IMG/VR virus record: IMGVR_UViG_3300046820_001502
Span: 1-56,790 of that record
Reading direction: 5' to 3' (one strand)
Length of the DNA: 56,790 nucleotides
DNA from: a virus
Taxonomy: Duplodnaviria; Caudoviricetes
The notes beneath the pieces were generated by a model, which had not been told where the DNA came from, did not search any database, and saw only the letters and a list, made by a program, of their open reading frames with translations. Positions 9,259-19,918 of the stretch are shown here, piece by piece. Numbering within the stretch: position 1 is the first letter of the stretch; every line of letters begins with the position of its first letter. The position numbers were made by a program, and so were the translations under genes.

Positions 9259-12200
9259 TTAGATATTTTCAAACGATGCTCCTGTTGGAGTGATGTAGAA
9301 TGTAATATCAATAAATTCAAGAGATCTTGTTGGTTTGATATAGATTTTTCCTGTTAATTGGTTTCTATCTATATCCTCAGGATCTGAAGAAACTGTTACA
9401 CGGAAGTCATATAAACCACGGTCTCTTCTAATCGCATCTAAGATTGGGTTAACCGCATTTAAGAAGTCTTGTCTTACTTGTGCGTCGTTTTGTTCAAACA
9501 ACAATCTGATAGATACTGCTGAAATCAACTTACGAGTTTGTAATAACAATCTTCTTACGTTGATTCTATCAAGAGCCGATTCTCTTACTTGTAGAGTTTT
9601 GTTACCCCAAATTACGGTACCTACGTCAGAGAAAGTTGCAATTGGGTTAATTCTACCAATATAAAGGATGTCTCTATCTTCTTGAGTCAACTTCTTACGA
9701 GCTTTAATACAGTTAACAATACCACGAGTGTAACCCGCCGCCGCGAACCATGGGAATGCGATGTTGTCTGTAAGAGCTAAGTTTCTTGTTACCTCAGCCG
9801 TTGGTGGAATATAAAGTTGAGTGTTGTTTACACTATCTCTTGTTAATACCCAAGGGTAGTAAGTACAAGTGTAGTTAGAGTCAATTCCTGTGTTATCTAA
9901 GTTGTCAACTGCTTCTGTTGGGTAAATAAATATGTCAGTACCGTTAGGTGATGGAACATATAAATCTATATCAGGAGTAGTACAGATATAAAGTGAGTCA
10001 GCTCTGTTGAATTCAATCATACTAACCGCATCCTCAACCAAGTTACTGTTATTTACATAATCAATACCAGGAGTTACGAATACGTTGATGTTTGTTGCCT
10101 CAGGGTTTGCGAATGTCTGTTGTCCTAACAAGTATGCGTAGTAGTCAGTATTCGCCCAATCTTGAGTACCATCTCCAAGAGAAATCTCTTTAAATGCTCC
10201 CCATCCTGTAGCGTTAGGGTATCTTGTAGAAGGACAAGCTCCTCTTAAGAATCCACTTCTACCAATTTGGAATTCATCTGTATTTGTTCTCCACTCTCTG
10301 TAGATATCCCATCCGTCGAATCCACCTTGTACTAAGAATGTGAATTTACGTGCAAATAATCTATAGTATGCGTTTGTCGGAGATTCAGGTTCAGTAATGA
10401 ATGGTGAATTACCACAGATAAATCTTGGGTCACCACTTGTTGAGAACTCAGGTCCGATTGTTAATCCACTTGCGTTTACGTCCATGTGGAAACCTGCTGA
10501 TCTGAAGTTGAATGGTAATCCATCAATATCACAAGAATTCACAGGATTTCTCTTACCAACATATTCGAAGAAAGCTGGATCCCAACCATAAGAGTTAGAA
10601 ATACCTAAGTAAGTTCTTCTAACATTATCTCCTGAACTAACTAATGCATCGTTGTTTCCTGAAGATAAACCAAATGGTGGATCGTAAATTACTTCACCAG
10701 GGAAGTCATATTTTCCTTTAATGATTGGGAATGGTGAGTTAGCACCTGCGTAATTTCTAAAGTTAAATCCGTTAAATCCACAAGGTAATGTGTCGATCGG
10801 AGCGTCTTCAGACATTTCAATCATAACGTATTTAGAGTTAAGAGCGTACTCCCCATCTAATGTTCCAATTTTATTTGCAACGAAGTTGTTTTGACCTGGA
10901 TCCATAGTACAGTTTGTGAATTTCTCAATTACAACAGGGTTTGCATCCGTATCAAAATAATCTCTAATCAATACATCAAATGTTAAATTAGAATAAGTTT
11001 GATTGATGATTGAAATTTTAATTAATGTGTTCGCCGCGTCTCCATCAGAAATTGTGTAGAATCTAAATAAGTCATATACTTTATTACCTCTTAATTCTGA
11101 CACAACAAACGGAGATACTGGTGTTTGCCATCTGTCTAAGTACCAACCAATTGAGTTTGGATCTCCACTCTGAGCTGAGTCAAGTGCAATTAAGTTAGGG
11201 TTTAGACCTCTAATGTATCCTTTTCTCCAAGCGAAGTTCAACCATGATTGGAAGTTTTCTTCTGCAAATACAGGAACTTCGATTCTTGGTTTTTGGAAGT
11301 TGGTTACACCAAACACTTTAGTCCAATATTCAGGATCATTTTGAGTAAATGAAGTTTCAAATGTAAAGTTAGTACCAAATTTGTCTTTAACATTTACAGC
11401 AAAAGTTGCATATGGGTTTTTAAGAACCGCCGAGTATTGACCTGTCATATTTAAAGTAACATCAGACGTTCCTGTTACAGAATATGTAGGGTTTGTTGCC
11501 GTAGTATAAGTTGAGACACCTCTTGATCTTAATGTACCAACAACAACATTATCGTAATTAGTATATGATGTACCTGTGTAGTAGTATTGTTTAACAACTA
11601 ATATACCACTATAACAATTAATAGGTGCTGCAGTTGTTGTAGTTGTGGTTGTTCCTGGTACAGGAGTAACACAAGGACTAGTTGTTGTAGTCGTTGTTGA
11701 AGGTGAGATTGTTGTTGTAGTTGTGATTGGGGTAAGTGTCAAACCTGAAACATAAGTCAAGAAAGAATATCCAAGATAATTTGTATTTCCAGTATTTGAG
11801 AACAACGCATAGTACCAAGAATCGTTTAATGGAGATAATAAATTTGTATCGTCCAAAGAAACTGAAGGAACACCAAACACGTTTGTTTGTGCTGTCCATC
11901 CTGCGTTAGTTAAAGCTTCATAATCGCTTGTTTTAACCGAACCAAAATATGAAATGTACTCATCTTCCGCAACATATGGTTGTGAATCTGTAATTACACT
12001 GAAAATTAGATCTTTAATTTGAGCGTCTAATGTTGATGTACTACCATTAAATTGTTCGTATTGATCGTACAATATACTTTCTATATCTGCCGGGAATAAT
12101 GTTTCATATGAAATTGTACTTGTGTCGTTAGTACATGCTGTGAACGCAACTAATGTTGTTTGTTCGTATGGTACTGCACATATAGTTTCACAAGTGTAAA

Positions 12201-12594
12201 CGTCAGTAACAGAACTTAAACAATAAACACCGATTGTTGATGGGTTTACGTTAGCAACCGTTGCCACAGACCAAGATGGACCTGCATCATATCCTGATAA
12301 ACCAAGAATTCTAGTTACAAATAATTGATTTGATTGTTGTAAGTACGCCTTTGCAATATAAGATGCCTCGTATTTAGGGATTTGAGTATTTACAAATTTT
12401 TCAGGTGAGTTTCCACCAAAAACTGTTTGGAATTCATCAAAATTTGTTATGAAGATTGGTTCAAAGGCTGGACCAATTAGAGTTTCTCCAACTATACCCA
12501 AAGTAGTTACACCGACACTTTGAGCCACAAAACTCAAGTCAACTTCTGATGTGTATACTCCAGGTGATACAAAAACTTTACTGTTTGTTGCCAT
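9259..12594 (-). CDS. Contractile tail sheath protein (1111 aa, with insertions)
   Basis: N-terminal FVSPGVYTSEVDLS; C-terminal PWFAAAGYTRG, INPIATF, IWGNKTLQ, ALDRINVRRLL, GKIYIKPTRSLEFIDITF. Confidence 0.95.
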   Translation of the reverse strand: MATNSKVFVSPGVYTSEVDLSFVAQSVGVTTLGIVGETLIGPAFEPIFITNFDEFQTVFGGNSPEKFVNTQIPKYEASYIAKAYLQQSNQLFVTRILGLSGYDAGPSWSVATVANVNPSTIGVYCLSSVTDVYTCETICAVPYEQTTLVAFTACTNDTSTISYETLFPADIESILYDQYEQFNGSTSTLDAQIKDLIFSVITDSQPYVAEDEYISYFGSVKTSDYEALTNAGWTAQTNVFGVPSVSLDDTNLLSPLNDSWYYALFSNTGNTNYLGYSFLTYVSGLTLTPITTTTTISPSTTTTTTSPCVTPVPGTTTTTTTAAPINCYSGILVVKQYYYTGTSYTNYDNVVVGTLRSRGVSTYTTATNPTYSVTGTSDVTLNMTGQYSAVLKNPYATFAVNVKDKFGTNFTFETSFTQNDPEYWTKVFGVTNFQKPRIEVPVFAEENFQSWLNFAWRKGYIRGLNPNLIALDSAQSGDPNSIGWYLDRWQTPVSPFVVSELRGNKVYDLFRFYTISDGDAANTLIKISIINQTYSNLTFDVLIRDYFDTDANPVVIEKFTNCTMDPGQNNFVANKIGTLDGEYALNSKYVMIEMSEDAPIDTLPCGFNGFNFRNYAGANSPFPIIKGKYDFPGEVIYDPPFGLSSGNNDALVSSGDNVRRTYLGISNSYGWDPAFFEYVGKRNPVNSCDIDGLPFNFRSAGFHMDVNASGLTIGPEFSTSGDPRFICGNSPFITEPESPTNAYYRLFARKFTFLVQGGFDGWDIYREWRTNTDEFQIGRSGFLRGACPSTRYPNATGWGAFKEISLGDGTQDWANTDYYAYLLGQQTFANPEATNINVFVTPGIDYVNNSNLVEDAVSMIEFNRADSLYICTTPDIDLYVPSPNGTDIFIYPTEAVDNLDNTGIDSNYTCTYYPWVLTRDSVNNTQLYIPPTAEVTRNLALTDNIAFPWFAAAGYTRGIVNCIKARKKLTQEDRDILYIGRINPIATFSDVGTVIWGNKTLQVRESALDRINVRRLLLQTRKLISAVSIRLLFEQNDAQVRQDFLNAVNPILDAIRRDRGLYDFRVTVSSDPEDIDRNQLTGKIYIKPTRSLEFIDITFYITPTGASFENI

Positions 12595-12716
12595 ATTAAG
12601 TATTTCTTTTAGTTATTTATTTTTTTCTATAAATACTCGATAAAACAACAAAAACTTTACAATAATGAAACTATTTATATTTTGGTAAGATTTTATTCTG
12701 CCTTTTTTCTACCCCT

Positions 12717-12881
12717 ATGTCTAAAGATATTAAAAAGATAAAAAACTTAAAAATTGATGTTGAGGCCCACAACGTTCTGAAAAAATACTGCGATAAAAGA
12801 GGAATTAAAATGTATCGTTTTTTAGAGAACCTAATATTTGAAAAATGTAAGGAGAAAAAAGATATCTACGGAGAAGACTAA
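12717..12881 (+). CDS. Small ribbon-helix-helix-like DNA-binding protein (54 aa; absent from the ORF track)
   Basis: MSKDIKKIKNLKIDVEAHNVLKKYCDKRGIKMYRFLENLIFEKCKEKKDIYGED*; strand-helix-helix pattern; divergent from the sheath gene. Confidence 0.65.
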   Translation: MSKDIKKIKNLKIDVEAHNVLKKYCDKRGIKMYRFLENLIFEKCKEKKDIYGED

Positions 12882-13921
12882 ACTAATTTCTGCGAGAAAG
12901 AAATTGACGGGACTTCAATACCATCACCTTTTACAATATCAATTCTTAAAAGATCATTTGTGTTAATTTGTATTAAATCAACATCATCACCATAATAACT
13001 ATTATTTATGTAAACGGAATAACTGTCTATGTTTTTAGTATTCTCATAATATAAATTACAAGTGTATTCAAAAAAGTATTCGGCACTTGTAGAATCATCA
13101 GGATAAATTAATTTAATCGTTTCTAACACAACAGGTTCTTCTTTTTTTCTTTTTCTTTTGACAGGTCTTTGATCAACCTCATACATTTGAAAAGTTCGAG
13201 ACAACGCAGGTGTAACCTCAAATTCGTTTTCATCTAATAAGAATCCCATCATAGTGAAGTCATATTTTTGAACGTAGTATTTTCTTTTTTCCAAATCCAT
13301 AACAGATTCGTCAGTAAAACCGTCATTAATTATTGGAATGTAATGGCCGTTAATTGTTTGGTATGCTTGTCTTGATGCAAATGTTTCCATAACTCTTTGG
13401 TTCAAAGTATTAACTTCTCTCATTCTATTACAAACAATTGCAACACTATATTTTATATCAACAGGAACAGGTTGTGGTATTTTATAAATGTCCGCACCCA
13501 TTCTATTTCCATCCCATGTCGGAACTTCCATGTAGTAATACATTCTTCTTACAGGAATATTATACATAACCGCAGGGTTATTACCATATTTTACCTCGGG
13601 GTTTCTAACTACGGTGATAAAAGGTGGTTCAAGGTTCTTGTCGATATTTTGAAAATCCCATGTTTCAACAAATTGTGACCAATTTTGGGTTGTTATTAAA
13701 ATATCAACGACAGGAATTGTTTTTCCCTCAGAAACTATATTAAATTTTTGTTTAACAAAATCTAAAAACCCTCGGTCTAAGTCCGCATGTAAAAGAGACT
13801 TAGGTAAATAAGTTCCATCCTTTGTAATCATATCCTTAATCTGTTCTCTTCTCGGTAAAAGAGTTTTTGGATAATTCAAAGGTATTGTAGGTTTAACAGG
13901 TCCTTTCTTTGGTATTGCCAT
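12878..13921 (-). CDS. Tail terminator / sheath stabiliser-like neck protein (T4 gp15-like)
   Basis: YKIPQPVPVDIKYSV motif, FTMMGFL; adjacent to the sheath and gp14-like genes. Confidence 0.55.
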   Translation of the reverse strand: MAIPKKGPVKPTIPLNYPKTLLPRREQIKDMITKDGTYLPKSLLHADLDRGFLDFVKQKFNIVSEGKTIPVVDILITTQNWSQFVETWDFQNIDKNLEPPFITVVRNPEVKYGNNPAVMYNIPVRRMYYYMEVPTWDGNRMGADIYKIPQPVPVDIKYSVAIVCNRMREVNTLNQRVMETFASRQAYQTINGHYIPIINDGFTDESVMDLEKRKYYVQKYDFTMMGFLLDENEFEVTPALSRTFQMYEVDQRPVKRKRKKEEPVVLETIKLIYPDDSTSAEYFFEYTCNLYYENTKNIDSYSVYINNSYYGDDVDLIQINTNDLLRIDIVKGDGIEVPSISFSQKLV

Positions 13922-14433
13922 TATAATCCTCTAAATTCGTTTGGTCCGACAGGAGCCGCGATTATTGTTCTATAAAAAGGTTTGAATCCTTTATAAGTAT
14001 GTTTAGTATCAGAGATCACACGACCGTCATTAACAACCGTATAATATCTAACAAAGTTTTCACTATCATAATATCCGATATAATCACCAAAATCAATATC
14101 AATTCCCAAATCATTTAAAGTCTTTAGGTATACCGATATGGTAATATTACCTGGCTCAACTTGATCCATTTTTGTTGTACCAACCATTTTGTTTTCAGGT
14201 GCCGCAATAGTTACTTGACCATTAAACTCAACAGGAGGTAAAAACTTAATACCATCTTCTATCACCTCACCATAAACATCATCAGTTTTAATTTTGTTTC
14301 TGTCAATTTTATATAAGACACAAGTATAGTTCATATCCCCAATTAACCATTCTTGACCCATCCCAATTTCTAATTCGAAATCACGATCACCAAAAAATTT
14401 ACCTAATCTTGTAATTGGAACATTACTTCTCAT
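13921..14433 (-). CDS. Head-tail connector / neck protein (T4 gp14-like)
   Basis: TDDVYGEV...KFLPPVE, IDFGDYIGY; ATG at 14433 preferred over the GTG at 14439. Confidence 0.55.
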   Translation of the reverse strand: MRSNVPITRLGKFFGDRDFELEIGMGQEWLIGDMNYTCVLYKIDRNKIKTDDVYGEVIEDGIKFLPPVEFNGQVTIAAPENKMVGTTKMDQVEPGNITISVYLKTLNDLGIDIDFGDYIGYYDSENFVRYYTVVNDGRVISDTKHTYKGFKPFYRTIIAAPVGPNEFRGL

Positions 14434-14444
14434 AACCACTTTTA

Positions 14445-14473
14445 TTGATAAATATTAATTTTATTGTTATTTT
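14445..14473 (+). promoter_or_regulatory. Sigma70-like promoter for the helicase (TTGATA-N17-TATTTT)
   Basis: Canonical 17-nt spacing; similar elements precede the polymerase and GT60 operon. Confidence 0.45.
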
Positions 14474-14482
14474 TAATATATA

Positions 14483-16258
14483 ATGAATTTGGAAAATCCA
14501 AAACCACTTGTAGAACACAGAGCTCTTGAATTATTAGAGTCGTATAGTGGTGCAAATAATTATATTTTATATCTGAAACATAAACAAGAAGTTTCCAAAA
14601 AATTCTATCCTACAAGGTCCCAAGCTGATTACATCGTCACATTTATAGATTCAACACCAAAGGTTGCAAGAAAGTGGGTTGATCTTGATACGTACTTTGC
14701 CAAAAAGTTTGCCGAAGAAAGGTACTTGTTAGAAACACCTGAAAAAATTTATATTGAGAAATTATTGGTTGAGAAAGAAAAATCTTATCATGTTTGGGGT
14801 AAGTTTTTTGAAAAAGATAAACTATCTGAGTTTTGGGTTCCCAAATCAGCATTAATTAAAACACATAATGTCCAATCAGTTACTATTGATTATTCGAAGT
14901 ATTCACATCGTCCTCCGCTTGATCATCAAAAAAGTGCGATCGAAAAATTAGCAGGATCAAAAAGATTTATCTTAGCTGATGATATGGGTCTTGGTAAAAC
15001 CACATCCACAATTATCGCGGCTTTAGAGACAGGTGCAAAGAAAATATTAATTGTTTGTCCAGCATCTTTAAAAATAAATTGGCAACGTGAAATTGAAAAT
15101 TATTCAGATAGACCTGTTTTTATTGCGGAAAGTAAAAAATTTTCAACTGAATCTGATTTTGTAATTGTTAATTATGATATTCTAAAAAACTTCCACGACT
15201 CAGACCCAAAGAAAAAAGAAGAGTCGTTATTATTACAAAGTAATTTTGATTTAGTTATTTTAGATGAGGCCCATATGATCTCAAACGTTCAGGCTCAAAG
15301 AACAAAAATTATAAACAGTTTTGTTAAAAGGATCGATAAAGTTTGGTTATTAACGGGAACTCCTATGACCTCAAGACCTATGAATTATTATAACTTGTTA
15401 AATATAATTGAAAGTCCTGTTGCTCAAAACTGGAAAGCATACGCGATCCGTTATTGTCAAGGGTTTCAGTTTACAGCAGGAAAAAGAAAAGTTTGGAATG
15501 TGACGGGGGCATCTAACTTGGAGGAATTAAGAGATCGAACATCAAAACAAATTCTTCGTAGATTAAAAGAAGATGTTTTAGATCTACCTGATAAAATTAT
15601 CACTCCTGTTTATTTGAGATTGAAATCAAAAGAATATGAAGATTTAATGGGGGAATATTTTGATTGGTACGATAAAAACCCTGACGAGTCTTCATCACTT
15701 ACGGTTCAGTTTTCAAAACTAATGAAGGTTAGAAAAGTAATCGCGAATGAAAAAACAAAACAAACAATTGAATTCACAGAAAATATTATAGAACAAGGCA
15801 AGAAAGTTATAATCTTTACCAACTTTACAGACACACTCCAAACAATCTACCAACATTTTGGAAAACAGGCGGTGTATCTTGATGGTAGTTGTTCTAATGC
15901 TATTCGTCAACAGGCTGTCGACCAATTTCAAAACGAAGATAAAATAAAAGTATTTGTTGGGAACTTAAAAGCCGCAGGTGTTGGTTTAACGTTAACAGCT
16001 GCCGAAGCGGTCATAATGAATGATTTATCTTTTGTTCCCGCAGAACACGCACAAGCCGAAGACAGGGCGTATCGTTACGGTCAAAAATCAAATGTATTAG
16101 TTTATTATCCTTTGTTTGAGAATACTATTGAAGGTGCAATTTATGACATTCTAAATAAGAAAAAACAGATAATTAAAACTGTTATGGGTGACGGTGTTCA
16201 AGAAACCACGGGAGATGTTGCTGAAGAAATCCTTAAAATGATAAATAAAAATAGATAG
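14483..16258 (+). CDS. SNF2-family (SMARCAL1/HARP-like) helicase/translocase
   Basis: LADDMGLGKT, IVCPASL, ILDEAH, LLTGTP, GVGLTLT, QAEDRAYRYGQ. Confidence 0.92.
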   Translation: MNLENPKPLVEHRALELLESYSGANNYILYLKHKQEVSKKFYPTRSQADYIVTFIDSTPKVARKWVDLDTYFAKKFAEERYLLETPEKIYIEKLLVEKEKSYHVWGKFFEKDKLSEFWVPKSALIKTHNVQSVTIDYSKYSHRPPLDHQKSAIEKLAGSKRFILADDMGLGKTTSTIIAALETGAKKILIVCPASLKINWQREIENYSDRPVFIAESKKFSTESDFVIVNYDILKNFHDSDPKKKEESLLLQSNFDLVILDEAHMISNVQAQRTKIINSFVKRIDKVWLLTGTPMTSRPMNYYNLLNIIESPVAQNWKAYAIRYCQGFQFTAGKRKVWNVTGASNLEELRDRTSKQILRRLKEDVLDLPDKIITPVYLRLKSKEYEDLMGEYFDWYDKNPDESSSLTVQFSKLMKVRKVIANEKTKQTIEFTENIIEQGKKVIIFTNFTDTLQTIYQHFGKQAVYLDGSCSNAIRQQAVDQFQNEDKIKVFVGNLKAAGVGLTLTAAEAVIMNDLSFVPAEHAQAEDRAYRYGQKSNVLVYYPLFENTIEGAIYDILNKKKQIIKTVMGDGVQETTGDVAEEILKMINKNR

Positions 16259-16273
16259 ATATATTTATCTATA

Positions 16274-18412
16274 ATGAAAGTTTCTATTAAATACGAAAAT
16301 TCCGATCTAAAACAGTATCAAGATTTTGTTAAAAAATTCATCAATTTATTACAAGATGAATATCCGTTAAAGGATGATATCAGAATCGAGTTTTTAAATG
16401 GTCGAAAAGGTGAGATGTCTACAGGTAGCAGAAGAGGAGATCATCTTATTAAAGTCTTAGCGAAGAAAAGACTTAATCGTGATATTATGAGAACTTTGGC
16501 TCACGAGTGGGTACATGAATATCAATTTGCAATTCTTAACAGAGAACATGGACCAAACATCGGTGGTAAAAACGAAGACGAAGCAAATGCGGTTGCAGGA
16601 CAGATTGTTAAAAAATTCGAAAAGAAATATCCCAAACTTGAAAAGTTAATGTACGAAGGTACGGGTATTGAAGGAAAGCTCAATTTACTTACAGAACAAA
16701 TTCTAATTGAAGAAAAAACAAGTGTTCAAAATGACTTGTTACTTGAAATGAAAAAGGTTGGTATTGAAAAATTACCATATTCATATTCTTCTTTGGGTAG
16801 GTTTATTGATAGTAGAACTATGAATATTCACTATAACAAACATTACAAGGGTTATGTTGACAAACTCAACAAAGCATTAAAAGATGTTGATGGTGATATG
16901 GGATTAGAAGAAATTGTTAAATCAATCAGTAAGTTTGACAACAAAGTTAGAAATAATGCTGGCGGAGCATTTAACCACGCACTATTTTGGAAAATGTTAT
17001 CTCCAAAAAAACAAAAACCCAAAGGAAATATTTTTGATAAAATTAAAGAAGATTTTGGTAATATAAAAAAAATGAAAGATAAATTTAACGAAGCCGCCAA
17101 AGATCGTTTTGGATCGGGTTGGGCTTGGTTATATTTAACAAAAAACGGTGACTTAGAAATTATGTCCACCCCAAACCAAGACAACCCTTTAATGAATGTT
17201 GTTAAAAAAGGTGGTTATCCTTTATTAGGTCTTGATGTTTGGGAACACGCTTACTATTTAAAATACCAAAATAAAAGAGATGAATATATTGAGAAGTTTT
17301 GGGATGTTGTTAATTGGGAATTTGTTGAGGAATTATATAATCAACATACTAAAAAGAAAAACCTAAAAGAGAATTACGATAACTCAAACATAATATCTGA
17401 GGCAAAGAAAGATCCTGCATTCCCATACACAGCAAAACAAACTAGAGACTTAATATATCCACAATATGTTGGTTGTTATGAAAAACAATTTAAATACGGT
17501 TGTTTAGGTAAAATTGAAAAGAAAAGATGTCAAACTAGTTTGGGTGTTTTAGGTGGTGATTTTGCCGAAAACAAATACGGTGGTAATAGTAATTGGTCTA
17601 TTATAAATCGTTTTGATACTAATAAATCGGTTCATAGAGAAATAATTAAAATTTGGAAAGAGGAGACTCAAGGTCTTGAAGATATTGCAACTTGGATTAA
17701 ACAACATGCTTATGACCTATTTTCAAATGAAGGTATGTATACAGAAAGGTTGGTTGATATCAATTCAGAAATCATTAGTGACGGTAATCTTAATGAAGAT
17801 TATGCCAAACAAATTATTATTGAGCAATATAATTTAGACCCTGCAAACGAAGGTATAACATATGAGTTATATGAAAGTTGTTCTGGTGATCCAAATGATA
17901 TTAAAAAAGGTCAAGACATCATATTAAAATTGTTAGATAAAAATGAGGTTGTTTATTTCCAAGTCAAACCTTTTAAGTCAGATATTGTAATCTTATATGG
18001 TGGTGGGGATAGAGGTATATATTTTATTGTTCCGTCAAGTTACAATATGAACAAGTATAAGGCCGAAAATGTTGATGTTTTTGTTTTTGTTGATAGAGAA
18101 CAACAAAAATTTATGATGTTCAGAAATGATAAAAATAGAATATTAACCATAGCAAACCCAGACAGATACCCTCCGTTTTTGAATTACTTTTATGAACTTC
18201 CTTTAAAGAGTAATTTTAAAGTTCCAGAATCAGAGGAACCTATAAGAACACCAATTAAAAAATCTTTAGAAAGAGATAAAGATAAAGAAATCCAATATTA
18301 CAAAGACAGAATTAAAGTTCTAATGAAAAAAGTTGAGGAGTTAGGCGGATCTGTTGATATTGAAAATTTATTAGAATACTACCAAAAGGAACTCGAAAAA
18401 ATTTCTTTTTAA
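16274..18412 (+). CDS. sodA: Fusion: HExxH metallopeptidase-like domain + Mn/Fe superoxide dismutase + C-terminal PD-(D/E)xK-like domain
   Basis: SOD motifs LPYSYSSL, HYNKH, NNAGGAFNHALFW, FGSGWAWL, NQDNP, LGLDVWEHAYY; N-terminal LAHEWVHE...EDEAN; C-terminal D-x4-QD-x12-QVKP (this last call is weak). Confidence 0.8.
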   Translation: MKVSIKYENSDLKQYQDFVKKFINLLQDEYPLKDDIRIEFLNGRKGEMSTGSRRGDHLIKVLAKKRLNRDIMRTLAHEWVHEYQFAILNREHGPNIGGKNEDEANAVAGQIVKKFEKKYPKLEKLMYEGTGIEGKLNLLTEQILIEEKTSVQNDLLLEMKKVGIEKLPYSYSSLGRFIDSRTMNIHYNKHYKGYVDKLNKALKDVDGDMGLEEIVKSISKFDNKVRNNAGGAFNHALFWKMLSPKKQKPKGNIFDKIKEDFGNIKKMKDKFNEAAKDRFGSGWAWLYLTKNGDLEIMSTPNQDNPLMNVVKKGGYPLLGLDVWEHAYYLKYQNKRDEYIEKFWDVVNWEFVEELYNQHTKKKNLKENYDNSNIISEAKKDPAFPYTAKQTRDLIYPQYVGCYEKQFKYGCLGKIEKKRCQTSLGVLGGDFAENKYGGNSNWSIINRFDTNKSVHREIIKIWKEETQGLEDIATWIKQHAYDLFSNEGMYTERLVDINSEIISDGNLNEDYAKQIIIEQYNLDPANEGITYELYESCSGDPNDIKKGQDIILKLLDKNEVVYFQVKPFKSDIVILYGGGDRGIYFIVPSSYNMNKYKAENVDVFVFVDREQQKFMMFRNDKNRILTIANPDRYPPFLNYFYELPLKSNFKVPESEEPIRTPIKKSLERDKDKEIQYYKDRIKVLMKKVEELGGSVDIENLLEYYQKELEKISF

Positions 18413-18440
18413 TTTCTGGATATTTATAGGAAAAACACCT

Positions 18441-19568
18441 ATGGCAATTATTAATGAACCGGAAAGAAGTCAATTCTACCAAAAAGTTAGACACTTATTA
18501 GGGGCTCCTTTAAGATCTGTAGAATTGGAAGATGAGATGATGGATACCTTATTAGAGTATGCAATTGACGATTATTCTCAGTATGTCCAAGATTGGTTAA
18601 TTGAGTCCCAATGGACTTCATTAAATAATTTAAATTTAGATACCCAATCTTTATCAAGAGCATTTATCACTAAAAGTTTAGACTTTGAAACTAGATATAC
18701 TTACGCATACTCTAAAATTGTTGGTCTACAGGCTGGTGGTGATTGGGAAATTAAAAAAGATTATATACAGTTAGTTCCTAATCAACAAATTTATGAGATA
18801 CCTGCAGGTCGTGAAATAAACGAAGTATTATGGTTTACTCCATCCACACTTAACAATTTAATGTTTGGTTTAGGTGGTTTTGCAGGTGTTGGTATTGGTA
18901 CAGGACTTGGTGGTGGTGGAGGTCTTGCACAGATCGGTAACATGGCGGGAAGTTATTATTTAACACCGGCATTTGATACTTTATTAAGAATGCAAGAGGT
19001 TAACATACAAAGAAGAATATATGCGGGTGATTTAACATATTACATAACTGCACTTCCCGACGGTAAAAAAGCATTACACCTTTTGAACACACCTGGAGGT
19101 AAATTTGACTTTGGTAATGCAGAATTATCAAAAGGTCAAGTTTGGTATTGGTATTATGATACTTCACAAGGTGATAGAGATAAATGTTTAGCAGATAATC
19201 CTGATATTGTATTATTACCATCAGATGTTCCATTTAATAAAATAAGTTGGGACAGACTTAATAATCCTGCACAAATATGGGTTAGAAGATGGTTTACCGC
19301 TTATTGTAAAGAAACACTTGCAAGAGTACGTGGTAAGTTTAGTGGTAGTTTAAAAACTCCTGATGGTGAATTAACTATGGATTATGCGGCACTTGCAACT
19401 GAAGGTAAAGATGAGAAGACAAAATTAATAGAAGAATTAATTGGTGCGGAAGGAAGATTAACAAGACTTCGTCCTGAAAAAATAATGGAGAGAGAAGCAT
19501 TACTTGCTGAAAACTTAAACAAACAACTTAAGTTTAGGGCAATGCCACGTCAAATTTATGTGATTTAA
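18441..19568 (+). CDS. Neck / head completion protein (T4 gp13-like)
   Basis: LGAPLRSVELEDEMMD N-terminal motif; C-terminal KETLARVRGKF. Confidence 0.7.
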   Translation: MAIINEPERSQFYQKVRHLLGAPLRSVELEDEMMDTLLEYAIDDYSQYVQDWLIESQWTSLNNLNLDTQSLSRAFITKSLDFETRYTYAYSKIVGLQAGGDWEIKKDYIQLVPNQQIYEIPAGREINEVLWFTPSTLNNLMFGLGGFAGVGIGTGLGGGGGLAQIGNMAGSYYLTPAFDTLLRMQEVNIQRRIYAGDLTYYITALPDGKKALHLLNTPGGKFDFGNAELSKGQVWYWYYDTSQGDRDKCLADNPDIVLLPSDVPFNKISWDRLNNPAQIWVRRWFTAYCKETLARVRGKFSGSLKTPDGELTMDYAALATEGKDEKTKLIEELIGAEGRLTRLRPEKIMEREALLAENLNKQLKFRAMPRQIYVI

Positions 19569-19570
19569 TT

Positions 19571-19918
19571 ATGCCAGTATTAAAAGATAGACCAATAAGA
19601 AAAACTGTTTTACGAGGTGACAGGTCAATTAATTTGGATACGTTTGAAACTGTTGTTGTAAGTGATGAATTTTACTCAACAAAAGGTGAATTACTTTTAA
19701 TTATAAGAGATGTCGATCGTTGTAAAGTAAAACTTGATTCTACAACGACCGACAAAATAAAAATCAAAACCTTAACAAACTGTATCATTTTTCCCGACAT
19801 GGGAAGAATAGATGAAGATTGGGATGAAATATCCGTAGGTCGTGGTGCTTGTGTTGAGTTACAAAACGTAAGAGGTGTGTGGTATATCCTATCCTCCGAC
19901 GGTCTCAAGATGGAATAA
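19571..19918 (+). CDS. Hypothetical protein
   Basis: 115-aa ORF starting 2 nt after the neck gene; overlaps the polymerase 3' end by 30 nt. Confidence 0.6.
   Translation: MPVLKDRPIRKTVLRGDRSINLDTFETVVVSDEFYSTKGELLLIIRDVDRCKVKLDSTTTDKIKIKTLTNCIIFPDMGRIDEDWDEISVGRGACVELQNVRGVWYILSSDGLKME

Noticed and set aside
1-14433. Bacterial contractile injection system or tailocin rather than a phage
   Set aside because: Neck proteins, a family-B polymerase, a helicase and a phage-style promoter motif point to a large phage, although no capsid or terminase gene is in this window
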